Shown: piece by piece, positions 14,987 to 28,003 of the stretch
How positions within the stretch are numbered: the first letter of the stretch is position 1
Layout: every line of letters begins with the position of its first letter
Assembly (NCBI GenBank): GCA_951406725.2
Contig: OX597816.1
Span: 35,030,001-35,094,000, forward strand
Length of the DNA: 64,000 bases
Reading direction: 5' to 3'
Source of the DNA: Octopus vulgaris
Lineage: Eukaryota
Made by a program: the position numbers and the translations under genes
The notes under the pieces: model-generated
The model's database searches: none
Told to the model about the DNA's origin: nothing
The model's input: the letters and a program-made list of their open reading frames with translations, nothing else

Positions 14987-15174
14987 ATTGGTAGAAAATT
15001 GAAACGAAATATATAATATATATCGTGAATCAACCGTAAACCCCATGGCGTTTAGCTTTTCTGCAGGTATGTTTGGAAACAATCAAGAAGTCGTCAGTAT
15101 CAATAATATTGTGCTGCGTTAGTTCTCTACATAATATCTATCATAATATATCATATACTATATTCTTGATGACT

Positions 15175-15408
15175 TAAGGCGGCGAGCTGGCAGACACGTT
15201 AGCGCGCCGGACGAAATGCTTAGCGGTATTTCGTCTGCCGCTACGTTCTGAGTTCAAATTCCGCCGAGGTCGACTTTGCCTTTCATCCTTTCGGGGTCGG
15301 TAAATAAAGTACCAGTTTCGCACTGGGGTCGATGTAATCGACTTAATCCGTTTGTCTGTCCTTCTTTGTCCCCTCTATGTTTAGCCCCTTGTGGGCAATA
15401 AAGAAATA
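15175..15408 (+). mobile_element. SINE family B (Meta-domain-like), 16-bp TSD
   Basis: GAGTTCAAATTCC B-box; CCTTTCATCCTTTCGGGGTCGGTAAATAAAGTACCAG central domain; perfect TSD TATATTCTTGATGACT at 15159-15174 and 15409-15424. Confidence 0.9.
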
Positions 15409-17639
15409 TATATTCTTGATGACTCGATCGTAATGATGCAAAAACCTACAACTAACTTAACAGTATCTATAATTTGGGCAACTGTATAAGAATAACAGTA
15501 ATTATGAGGTGTGTTGTTCTATGGGAACTACCTTCATTCAAATAGCACGAAGGTAATACTTTTAATTCCGCTCATAGGAATAATAAGGGAGTTAACTTTA
15601 ATGATGATAATGCAGTTCACAATATACAGTCCATAAACCATGATAACATAGACGTGCAAAATCCTTGAATGTGTACTTATCATCCTTGGCAACTACAGCG
15701 TCCATATTGCAGTTTTATTTATAAATTTAACGTTAGCACAACACGGAGTAACTTCGCCAAAATTTACAAGCGATCGACTTTAAGCGTCTTTGCCTTTCAG
15801 AGTTGCGCTTGTTCTCAAATATTACTAGAAAACCGTCTATAATTTTTGCCGCCCATATTTACCAACGCAAAGCTGACAGAATACCCTTTAATATTTTCTG
15901 CTTCATAATTTGTAGAGGAATTCCGTAAACGGGTAAAATACAAATATTAAACTTGTGTTGACCTAAATACCACAGTACATTGCAGTAGACATAGGTCTCT
16001 TGCATTTCGGCTCTTGTGTTACTCTAACGTCATCACCATGTGTCACCATAAATATTAGGAAGCGTTATCTCTTTCCTATAAATATTTACTTTTTGGCTGT
16101 ACAAAAATCGCGTTCCTTTCTAATGTACTCTTCACAATAATAATTCTTCCTTCACAACTACTTTTATGCCGCTAAGTTTAGTCATACTTAGGGGTGTCTC
16201 TCCTTTTGCCTTCTGTTCATCATTATATTTGCTTCAAATTCATTCTTATTTCCCTGATTGACTTAGAGTTGCCGCATACTACGTCCCAAGCTCACATTTA
16301 AATCTGATCGGGGAACTAATTTGAGAAAATAACGGTGCGCAGAGGGATGCAGGTGGGGGAGATGCTAGTGGGCGAGAAATAAGTATAAACAATAATTGAA
16401 TCGAAAATCTTTGTGTTAAAAAAGATTAGAAAATAGAGAATATAATGGATATGGCAAATGATTACAGGAAATATAGTGGAAGTAAGTCAAAATGGGGTTA
16501 AAAGTGCGGTTTAATTTAAAGATTAAAGGCTATAAATGTAATTTAAAAGAACTAAATGTATAAAATTACACTAATAAAAAATTCAAACTAAAAGCAGGAA
16601 ATTAAAACGACTGCAAGGAGAGAAAGTGAGTGGGGGGAGAGAAAAGGAGAAAGAAAGAGGGAATAACTATCAAAAATCATACTAGATGTGAAGGACTGAA
16701 GAGATGGTCTAATACACACACGTACACACATCCACATACATGTATACATATGTGTGTGTGTGTCTAAATTTGATGTTGTCATATATCGAAGATTACAGCA
16801 GAATCGGGGAACGGAGGTCAAAGGTTGATGGCTAGAAGATATAGACAAAACAGAGGGTGAGAAAAAGTATCAGTAACAGGAAATTAACAAGGGTAATATA
16901 AACCCTGTAAAAAAGGCGCAGAGCAGAAAAATTAGTATAAATGAATAAACACATAAAATATACATAATACTTTACCAAAAAAAATAATGCGTACAGAGAT
17001 ACATGTGTATGCATATATACATATATACACACATACATAACACCAACACACCAATATGTGTGCGTGTGTGTGTGTACATGCATATGTGCACATACATGTG
17101 AACTTATTTACACGCACAGATATAACAATGTAGAATAGTTGATCATATAATAAAATATAGAATGTTTGTTTATGAACGATTTTATGTGGCTGTCCTTTGA
17201 GAGATGACGATACAGCTTTAAACACTAGGAAGACATCTCCTTCAGCAGGTTTATTCAGTGCGCTTATTGTACTCGATATTTATTGCAAGCCTGACACAAC
17301 TTCTTCCCCCGTAGCTCTGAGAGGAAAAGACCACATGGTTTCTATCTGTATTGGATCTCTTCGGTGGTGGGTACTCGTTTGCTAGGAATGGCAGCGGTTT
17401 AACTTACGTTATATAGAAACTAGTGTCTTACAATCACTGATTTTGTTACAAGGAAACTAATCCGTTAGAAAATCTCTGTACATCATACCAGCAGTATACA
17501 AACCAAAAAGTATTGTTTATGGTCACAAAAGGTACTATCTATGTCCTTTAAGAGACAACGATACTGCTATTTAATATAGAATAATAAGTTAATTAGTTTA
17601 CGATAGAAATGCGTGGAGCGACATTTAAACAAACTGTGC

Positions 17640-17740
17640 TGTACGAAGCTATAGAACAAGACACACTCAATTTGCCACAGACAGTGGGACTGAACCCAGA
17701 ACCATGTGGTTGTGAAGCAAGATTTTAACCACACAGCTAC
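17640..17740 (-). mobile_element. SINE family A head fragment
   Basis: CAGTGGGACTGAACCCAGAACCATGTGGTTG...TTAACCACACAGC matches the family A head. Confidence 0.65.
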
Positions 17741-18005
17741 ACACAAAATAAAAACACACGCACACACACCCGCACGCCCAAACACACAGTCACACACACA
17801 TGCACACAAACAAACTGAATCACAAAAGAAACGTCGCACACATAACAAAAAGAAACCAGTTTATAAACAGACTGCTATAGCACTGATTGAAGAGTGATAA
17901 TTAAGGAAACCTTCTTTCCTAATAGAAGGGCTTTTCCTGAAATATATTTCACGTCGCATGGTGTCACGGGAAGATGGGATGTCCTGGATTCAAACGATGA
18001 ACTCT

Positions 18006-18500
18006 ATCTCTCGTGGGACCACTTTTAGCGTTGATTATCGCTAGATATCTTCTGTATATTCAATGTACCAAACGATTGATGATGGCTATGGGCGTAGCAG
18101 CCCTCTTTCTTGTAGTGAGTTGTGCCACGGCCTTGAAAGATTATAATTTAGCCTTCTTTGGATTTCATCCCATGGTGAGGTTCATGTGTATGCGGTTCAA
18201 GTCCGGACTTAGGGCAAACCATAGCAGTGTCTATATGTTGTTCAGTTGGAAGAAGACTGTTGTCAACCTGGCAGTATAGGCACGGGCGTTGTCGTGTTGG
18301 AACGCGTGATTCCGATGGCGGGAAAAGTATGAGGCCTCAAAAGTTGGTTGATGTACCGAGCAGCTGTTACTCCATTGCCCGTGTATTGGCCGATTTTTTG
18401 GAAGACTATCGGTACAGGTTTCTAGCAGAGTGAAATCCTACCCCATACAATGATGCTCTGTCCTCCCCATGAGTTTCTCTCCACCATACAGCCAGGAGGA
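18006..18500 (-). mobile_element. Tc1-like transposase pseudogene (catalytic domain)
   Basis: Minus strand GGQSIIVWGRIS...FQHDNARAYTA...LWFALSPDLNRI..WDEIQRRL...RRYLAIINAKSGPTR*, matching Tc1 VMVWG / QDNAxxH / SPDLNPIE motifs; stops present. Confidence 0.8.
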
Positions 18501-18639
18501 TGGTGTTCACTCTTTGTTTTCTAAATCCTAGCTCTGCCATCTGCTACAGGAATGCAATATCGACTTCCGTCAGAGAAAACTAGAGCCCTCCACTACTGAT
18601 ATCGCCATTTCTGATGTTTTCGAGCCAACTGCAGACATA

Positions 18640-19310
18640 ACCCATCGAAGTATAAAGTCTATATTTTGAATAACAGAAATATTGTACTTCGGGATATTTT
18701 TCCAGCCAGAATTTTATTGCTTCTATTCCATAGTAATGTAAAATATTGTTAAAGATTAATAATATTGCAGGAAACCTATAACGTCGGTTCATTTGTTGTT
18801 TTGGTAGGTGCTCAAGAATATCTAGAACGTCTTTACTGAAACTTTTTATGTATTTCTGCAAGCGTTTCTATAGGATGTCTAGAACATAGCTTAGGCTAGA
18901 ACATTTCACAGGCTGGGCCATATGTAATGAGACTTAACTTAAAATCTTCTGGGGCTACGATATTTATATATTTGCCTGGTGATAGTTTTCAGATTCCATT
19001 AGCTTTGTTGCTCTTGGGTATTTTAGATATGCCGTAAAAAAGACTAGGTTTGCATTTAAAGCTAGTGATATAATCTATTTCTTTATCTGTCAGGCCTCTT
19101 GCATGTAGATAAATTAAGAGTACAATATTTTTCATTGTTTTTTTCATATTGTTTATAGTATACAACATTTTCGTAGACATTATGGTTTTCTAGTATGGAT
19201 AATGTACAAGATTTTTGTAGTATTGTGTATCCAGCAGGACTACAGCACTTCATTTGACTGCTTCTTGTCTGCTTTTTTTGTCGTTTTGTAGTTCAAATAG
19301 ATTTTTCCAT
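18640..19310 (-). mobile_element. PLE reverse transcriptase remnant
   Basis: SAVVLLD; LTDKEIDYITSFKCKPSLFYGISKIPKS (FYGLPKIHK-like); YIKSFSKDVLDILEHLP; YGIEAIKFWLEKYPE; frameshifted. Confidence 0.75.
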
Positions 19311-20744
19311 TCTGCAAATTACATCTTGCAAAGAGGATCACACTGGCGATATACAGACAAGTGGTGTAAGTAAAATTACGTAATTTATTGATAGTGAAAC
19401 AATTGTTTTGTGATTAATCTATATATTTGTTATTTTACATTTGTCTCCCTCGCTTACGTTTCTGGTGTGCTAAATGTTCTGGAGAACAATTCTTAGTGGT
19501 TGAGACTATAGCAGATCTCTTTCTAGCGTAAGGGTTTCCACATAGTGGTTCCCTCTTATATTTATGTATATATATGTATATATATAATTATATATATATA
19601 TATTTGGGATTCTACATATAAATATATGCCATTAGTTGTATGTTATATAAACGTAGGTATATCTATCACTTACTGTCTTACTGTTTATGCGTTCCTATGT
19701 ACATATATGTGCTTAATATCACACATGCACACTCGCATATATGGTGCATGTATAAGTATGCATATATACATACATATGTGATATACAAATATTTTTGCGT
19801 TTAATGCATATTCAATCGTTTACATATTTCGTGTGGATTTGTATTTATACCGTATCTTTTGCCCATACATTATACTGTGTCTTTCTTCGTACTTGGTTTA
19901 TATTGCCCTTTACAATTTCCTGTTGCGTTTAGCATTTTATTTATTTCTTGGCCTTCATTTTGTCGTTCTCACCGAGCCAACAAGCTTTCATAAACATCTC
20001 CCCTGTAACATTGGGTTTATCGTGACATTAGATTATTAAATATATATATATAGCGTTAAGCAGTCTCTTCAGCTTTTTCTATATCTTACCACATTTATAT
20101 TTATTCCGCCGTTCTCTACATGTTTCTATTCTTTCGTTTCTATTCTCTTTTTCTCTTTGTATTTTAAACTTTGTAATTTTTATAGTATTTCTTTGCGTCA
20201 TATTATTAGTGAATTTTGTTTCTTTGCTTATTCTAATGTCATCTATGGCTTTTAATCTTCAACTTTTTCGTTTTAATTTCAATTTAACCCCACATTTTTC
20301 TCCCAGTTCTGTAATATTTCTTTCAATAAATTGCAATACCTATTTCTTGACGTAGTCTATTATATTCTGTAAATGTTAGACTTTTTCCGCAATCTGTTTT
20401 CGATTCTGCAATTGTTTGTAATTATTACTTCTATTTTGTCTACAGCCGCTTGAAGCCACTTATGCATCGTTATTATTTTTTACATTACTTTCCCATCTGA
20501 TTTAATTGCTTCTTCGTTGAACACGCAACTACAAAATAATATATATAACCAAGCTTCAATCTACTTTATTATATTTTATTACACAAATATTTTAGGAAAT
20601 GCCACATTTTGGTGCCTATGTGCTTATTTACGCTGGTTTGTGGGTGTGTGTGTGGGTGTGTGTGTGTCTGTCTGTCTGTCTGTGAGCGTGCACGCGCGTG
20701 TGCATAAATAGGTAGATAGAGAATAGTTATTATAGAAAATAATG

Positions 20745-20925
20745 TGGAGGGGCAATGGCCCAGTGGTTAGGGCAGCGGTTTCGATTCCAGACCGGGCATT
20801 CTGAGTGTTTATTGAGCGAAAACACCTAAAGCTCCACGTGGCTCCGGCAGGAGATGGTGGTGAATCCTGCTGTACTCTTTCACCACAACTTTCTCTCACT
20901 CTTTCTTCCTGTTTCTGTTGTACCC
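20745..20925 (+). mobile_element. tRNA-derived SINE family C, partial
   Basis: CAATGGCCCAGTGGTTAGGGCAGCG head; homologous to 59856-60158. Confidence 0.8.
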
Positions 20926-21388
20926 GCATTATTTGGCGATTAAGAACGCTACTAACTCAATGGCCTTCATACGCCAAACATGATATCTTTGGTAATCGAT
21001 CTTCACGTTGCTTGAGACTATACAAAATTGCAATTGCGCACTTCGGTGAGAGGAGGTAATTCATGTAGAGAATTCGTCATTCATTAGTTCCTTTGCACTG
21101 GACATGGTCCAATTGTGCGCTCAACACAGATTCATTGCACCATACGACTGCATTCCGACCTAAAGTGGCTTTTTCGGCGATTTAAGTGCTAATGTATAAC
21201 GATCAGTTCACAGAGCTGAAGAGGTTTAAAATGGGTAAACGTTAAAAAAATTTCAATTTCTAGTAATGTTATTTTAGACATTTTGCACGTGTGTACGTAT
21301 GTCCTCTATTTATGCATGTGTTTGTATGTGAGTGTGAGTGTGTGTGTGAACGTATATATATGTGTGTGTGTGTGTATATATATATACA

Positions 21389-21448
<60 letters not shown>

Positions 21449-22104
21449 TACATACATATATATGTATGTATATATGTAGTATGTATATAAGTTGAAGTGC
21501 ACTGAACGCCAATTCTTTTGTATATCCACTTACAAGGGTAGAAAATATAACGTCAATACACCACACTTCAATTTTGAACTAATAACATATTCAATGGTCA
21601 AAGAGGGGAAGATTTTAATTTTCCATGAACAAAACTTTCAAGAAATTAGATGATACTCTAAATCCATAAATTCAGCACTAACGCCTATTAAAATACGTTG
21701 TACCTTCACACTTTAATATTAATATTGGTTTCAAAGCTAAACTCTTTGCCACGTGACATCACCAGTATGTATATATGTATGTGCTCTGTAAAGTTCTGAT
21801 ACTTGGCTTATACATTTGTATGAAAGCATATTTTTTGTTTATCCTTGCTTCATCTGTGGTATTCGCTGAACATATGTAGAGTAGGAAGACCGGGAATCTG
21901 GGAAACTTATGTTTCCACCTATATCTATGTGAATCTGTCTACAGACCCTAGTACTATTCAAAACATATACCAATTTGAGTGATGAACTGCCTATAAAAAT
22001 ACCACAAGCTTGAAACACTAGTCACAAGCAAGACAGCTGCGACATAAGCCACGTTTTTTTTTTAACATTTTGAAAATCAGTGTAAGCTGTGGGACCGGTT
22101 AAAA

Positions 22105-22365
22105 CATTAAGTGCAGGATATCACAATAAGTGAAAAATGCCTAAACACACAGAGATAAGTACAGGACAAAATTAGTAATTTTATCCTCTATTTATCTCTA
22201 TATTTTTTCCTGCACTTATCACTGTGTATTTACGTATTTTTAACTCGTTGGTGATATCCTGTACTTAATCTGTATTTTTTATATTTGTAGTTCTCCTGTA
22301 CATATCTCCCGTGTGTTTACGTATTTTTCACTCGCTGGTGATGTCCTGTACTTAATGTGTATTTT
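22105..22365. repeat. ~70-bp unit present once inverted and twice in direct orientation
   Basis: 22105-22165 is the reverse complement of 22208-22278 and 22294-22365. Confidence 0.7.
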
Positions 22366-24290
22366 CATTTATATATAGCAGAACGCCACGCAACCTTTGT
22401 CAACAGTAAGTTCTTACAGTATATATTTATATAAACGTTATCAATCCCGTACACTTAACGTGTAACCTTTCTGTCCTTGGAAGCAGTTTGCGATTTGGTG
22501 ACATGGAGAATACTTTCTCAAAAGGACAGGCAAGATAACTTACCACTAATCTTATGTAGGACAACAAGCATCCGTGTTTCGACATTTTTGTTGCTTATCA
22601 GTATCATGTACAGGAAATCTGATGGATCATTTCGCCGTTCCACGAATTTGATCTCTCTAATAACACCAGGAACTTTGAGAGAGTATTCTCCACTCACCGA
22701 ATTGCAATCTACCGGCAAATACACAAAGCGTATGCGTAAATTCTGCTCATACCTAAACACTGCTTCGCATTAACACTTCGTTGTCTACCTCGATCGGGCG
22801 CTCTACTGGCGAAAATCAGTTTACGTGTTGATTGATTTACATATAAATTTACGACTATATTACATTCGTTCAGAGTTGCATCCCTTAGGTACATCTAATT
22901 TACAAGTGTCAAAGAACACGAAGCATCGATGTCTGGGATTCATAAGAGATGGCGACACCGAACGAACTGACTGTTTTCACACCTTTTACCATAAGGCTTT
23001 TATTGCATCGCAACATATGTTTCTACACGGCACACCATCATTAGGTTAGATTGTTTCATATTCATATGAGATAATTTAAGGCTACTGTTAATAATTATGT
23101 ATTTAAATATTTTCGTAGCTCCACCACATGAACGGCCGCAACGTCGCCAGTTCATTATTAAAATTTTATTAGTCACCTTTACTAACCTTATGGAGACTTA
23201 CTTTTTTTCACCAAACACGTAATTTCATTCAATTTGTGGGTGTGGCTTACGATTTGCGAAAGAGATAAAAAAAAAAAAAAAGAGAAGAAAGAAACAGGCC
23301 ACTCCGGTGACTGGTGTGTGTTGGTAATGAAAGAATTAAACATGGATAGAAGCAAAAGGTCACTGCAACATTTTCAAATCAAAATAAATTTTTAAAAAAC
23401 GGCAAAAAAAGATAGTATTCATATCAAAGCGAAATCCAGTGCTACATTTGTTGGTTATGTTCATGTAGGCCTCTTTAAAAGTCATCGTTGCTTAGATTGA
23501 AATCAAGATAATAACGAACCACCGGCTATTACAAACTCTTTGGTTTCCTCTTCTCTAGAACATTCACTCTCAATTTGAAGATAAGGACAAGTAAATCTTT
23601 GAATGCCAATTAAAATACAGTTCATTTTCAGTATTCAATAGAATCTACAGGCGGAAATTAATTTCCTTATCAAACCCTACTTTCAAACCGACGACGTTTC
23701 TGTCTTAGGAACCCAGCAATAAATATTATATGCCCCTCGATCATAATATATGACTTATGTGGATGTTTACTTCTATCTTCTCATTCTGCATTTTTGCATC
23801 TATTCCTCCACTTCATTCTTCTTTCCTTCTTTCCACTTTGTCATTGTAATTTCCCTGTTTAATTCATTTCTACTTTGATAAACAGCATTATTCGCTCCAT
23901 GTTGCCCACAATTACAGCTTTAACTAATGACACATACATCTTGAAATTCCTTTTCGTCTTTCGATTTTCAAAATCTCCTTTAAATTGCAAGCCGAAACTT
24001 CGCCACAATTATTCCTTCAATGTTGACATCTGTCCATGAAAAGGATTTGATTTACTGTGTTTTCTCCCCCATAACATATACAACAATTATTAAGAACCCT
24101 ATTTTAATCTAATCTAATACCTGGTTTTATAAATTCTATTCAATCATTCTCCGTTGTACTCAGTATTACACATTTCCACTAACGTCGTCCAAACTTCCTT
24201 ATTTTAATGAATTTTCTATTAACTTATCCTCGCCATGTCGAATTTCTCATACTTTTAAAACAGAATTTTATTTTGCCTCATATTCTACAT

Positions 24291-24390
24291 AGCCACCAGT
24301 CCACACTACTACCACTCCGAACCGCTACCATTCCACACTGCTACCAGTCCACACTGCTACCACTCCACATCGCTACCAGTCCACACTGCA
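24291..24390. repeat. 16-bp minisatellite (CTACCAGTCCACACTG), ~6 copies
   Basis: Degenerate tandem copies. Confidence 0.8.
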
Positions 24391-25022
24391 TCCACCAATT
24401 TCTTCAGATTTCTTCCTGGTTATAAGTAGAGCACCATTCGAAAATTTGACCTTTAACCTATTCACTCACCGAGGGAATCAATTCCATTTCAAGTTTTATT
24501 GTAGTGATACATCAACGTGCTAGAAGGATGTGTTCTCTTTATTTGTATCCTCATATTTTGTACTTCAATTTTTGTTTTACTTTTCAATTTCTAATATGCT
24601 TATCATTCTGTTTGCTTATTCCCCCTACACCATTTCATTTTCATTTTCTTCATCTTTCTTTTTACTTTTATAATTATTAACATTACCAACTTTACTTTTA
24701 TATACTCTACATTATTGCTATCAAAAATTATCAGTAATACTGTTACCACTTCTTCTGTCTGTTTCTTCTACCAGGCTATCTTTGTGTTTGCAATATATAT
24801 ATATATATATATATATATAGTAGCAGTGATAATAATAAAATTGATAATTCTTAAAGGCGGCGGTGTTAATAATTTTAGAAGCAAAAGAAAGCGAAATAAC
24901 AATTCGAATGAAATGGTGCAGGGAAAATAGCAACAGAATGATAAGCATATTGGAAGATGAAATGTTATAGAAATAAAAAGTGGGGCTTTGTGTGAGTGGG
25001 TATAAATACGCACACACACACA

Positions 25023-25080
<58 letters not shown>

Positions 25081-25447
25081 CATATATATATCTTTCATTG
25101 TGTTAGTATACACACACATACACATATGTCATATATGTATTGAACACACATATTCAATATGTGTTCACCTTTTCGCCGGCTGGTCAGATGCGATTTCAGG
25201 TGTTACAGATGACACTCTCGAGTGTTAAAATCTCTAGAAATCAATTAAAACCCCTAAAAGTGAGCGAGACAGCTCACCCTAACTCTCTCCGGTGCTTCAA
25301 CGTCACTAACGCCTCATACGCAGCCGACCAGCGATCAGGTAAAATACATACATTGGGTACACGCAAGGTCAGAGAATGATTATCGCTTAGTTTTCTACAT
25401 GTTGGTAGCTGGAGCTAATTCGCGCTATTTCTAGCAGCGGGGTGATC

Positions 25448-25490
25448 CCACTGACGAAGAGCACCAATAGCCAGAAATCATCCGATCTGG
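25448..25490 (+). ncRNA. Candidate type I hammerhead ribozyme (AUC site)
   Basis: CCA-CTGACGA-16 nt-GAAA-TCATCCG-ATC-TGG; stems I and III pair, stem II is weak. Confidence 0.5.
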
Positions 25491-26061
25491 TAATCCTGTT
25501 AGAAGATGGTAGGGGTTCGCTCCCTTGTTTGCAATATATACCGGGTGCAGATTACAGCGATAACCACCTAGGGGACGATATTCCTGGGGTTTGTAAAGAT
25601 ATTAACGTCTAACAGTCATATTCGTGGCGATAACCATTACATACAACTTTGACTCACTGCAAAATCCAATATTTTGTTTTGGCTTCCTCGAAATCACTTA
25701 TTATCATGAATTGCTCGAAATGTGGAGTAAATATACAGCCGACAACTGACGAACGGTTTTTCTTTATATTACTTGTCTTATTTTCCATTTGTTTCTCTCG
25801 TTGTTCGCAAAAAATGCTTGTTCTCGTATTGCATGTTGTTGACATGGTGGCAATCTGTTGGAATATTCCGAGTATGGGATACATCCAGCAGGTATGTTTC
25901 GGGAATATTTGAACCAGTAGCATGTTCATCGTTCTACTACGCGATCCTTTGTGTTTGGAGTGCGGTCGATTCGGTTTGTATTTGGCTTTGTTATCATTGA
26001 GGGATCACATGTTTGGACGTTGACATTAGAGGACGGATCTGTCTGTTTAGGGCTAATAGTC

Positions 26062-26424
26062 TTATTTTTATCACGTGCTTTTACTGCACTATCAAGCATG
26101 GCTGTGTGACCCTTTGTTACATGCTGTAATTTGCTGAGATTTGTTGAGTCTTATTTTAAAAGTGTTTACGTATGATGTGTGCGGTGACTAGTAATGCTAA
26201 TTGTTGCATATTATATACACTTGTTAGTCCTGGTGTTTTGTTATCTGAATGTTTTTTTTTATATCATACCTTAAGCGCCTACTGTGATAGGAATTGTTTC
26301 TGTTTTTAGATTCCGCATAAGATTTATCTCTGTTTCCAAATCTCTGTATTTTAAAAGTTTCTCCGTTTATTTTAGAGAAACATTTTCATCTGGCGGTACT
26401 AATATATCGATTAGAAATCATTTT
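26062..26424 (-). mobile_element. Older 3' fragment of the R4/Dong-like family 2
   Basis: Colinear with ~5490-5855; abuts a (TAA)n/(ATT)n tract. Confidence 0.75.
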
Positions 26425-26445
26425 ATAATAATAATAATAATAATG

Positions 26446-26477
<32 letters not shown>

Positions 26478-26875
26478 TATTATTATTATTATTATTGTTG
26501 TTGTTGTTGTTGTTGTCTACCAGCACTAGGTCCGATCTGTTATACTGTAGCACCTAATCTGCTGGGATTGGGAAATACCAGAGGATTTTACTTGGCTTGC
26601 GCCTCACCACGCACTGAAACACAGACGTTAAAAGACATTACTGGCATGGTGGCAATAGTGTATTTTGACGTCTAATTTTCAGTGCGTCGTGAGGCACTAG
26701 TGTGTGTAGGTGAGTGTGTGTATACATGAGTGTGTGTACCTCTGTCTTAGTATGTTTGTGTTGTTATGATTGTCTTGGTGACATGTGTCATAACAACACA
26801 AACATGCTATATATATAAATATATACATATACATATATACATATATATATATATATATTATACATATATATTATA

Positions 26876-27249
26876 CTAGCAGTATCGCCCGGCGTTGCTC
26901 GGGTTTGTAAGGGAAATAACTATATAAGCATTTTTAGAGAGTTATAGCAAAAAATAGCAAAAAATGTATTAAAAATGGAAAAAGAATCGTTGAGTCATCG
27001 TAGACATTTTTAGAGAGTTACTTCCCTTATATAATAGCGAAAAAATGCATTATAATGGAAAAAAATGATGGTAATTTTCTTTTTAAATCGTAGACTCATC
27101 GTAGACGCGCGCTAATACCCAGAAGGGCTCGATATGAATCACGACTATAAGATACCCGGTTTTGGTTAAACTGCACCGCAAAATGTGGGAGTAGTTAGGA
27201 ATCTAAATCGTAGGAGACAGACACACAACTTAACTTTTATATATAAAGA
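26876..27249 (-). mobile_element. Non-autonomous Helitron
   Basis: Minus strand begins TC and ends with a GC-rich hairpin (CCCGAGCAACGCCGGG) then CTAG; inserted between A and T without a TSD; internal tandem duplication. Confidence 0.8.
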
Positions 27250-27595
27250 TATATATGTATATATTATATTATACACAGGCATACACAAGTATATATATAT
27301 ATATATAAATATATATATATATAATTGTAATTTTATATGTATATTTATATTTTATATTTATATTTATGTTACCTGCTCTTACGTCCTAACTGGAAACTGG
27401 ATTTTCATATTTTCATTCCATATTTCCTATTAATCTACGTACTACATGTTATTTTTTAATTTATTATGTAATCGTTTATATTTCTTAATAGGATTTTTAT
27501 TGTTTTATATTTATATACTTTTATATTCTATATTTTTAGTTATGTATATTTTGCTTGAATTATCTTCTTCAGATAATATCCCGATGACTACATAA

Positions 27596-27640
<45 letters not shown>

Positions 27641-27644
<4 letters not shown>

Positions 27645-27954
27645 ATTAGGGCTTAGTAAAATAAATTACTTTGCCACATACTGAACTTAGTAGAAATAGC
27701 AGCCAAAAAATTTTTTCTTAGAATTTCTACTACTTAAAGAAAATTTCTCTCAGATAATTCTTTCTTTAAGTAGTAGAAATGCTAAGAAAATTTTTTGGGG
27801 CTGCTATTTCTACTAAGTTCAGTATGTGGCAAAGTAATTTATTTTACTAAGCCCTAATTATATAATGTAATATTTTGAATTCGCCTTAAATGGTCCTTTT
27901 ACATACTGAACACTTGGTGAAAATGATTATTTAATTAATTTTACCCTCAATTGT

Positions 27955-27959
<5 letters not shown>
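27641..27959. mobile_element. (TA)n-embedded palindromic element, ~100-bp arms, PLE-type
   Basis: 27641-27742 and 27761-27862 are near-perfect inverted repeats; homologous blocks at 34069-34275. Confidence 0.75.

Positions 27960-28003
<44 letters not shown>

Noticed and set aside
22480-23150. Possible Helitron helicase remnant or host exon
   Set aside because: Only faint resemblance (CFALT, FRV); no confident motifs or termini
24291-24390. CRISPR-like periodicity
   Set aside because: Contiguous 16-bp tandem units without unique spacers; eukaryotic context and no cas genes
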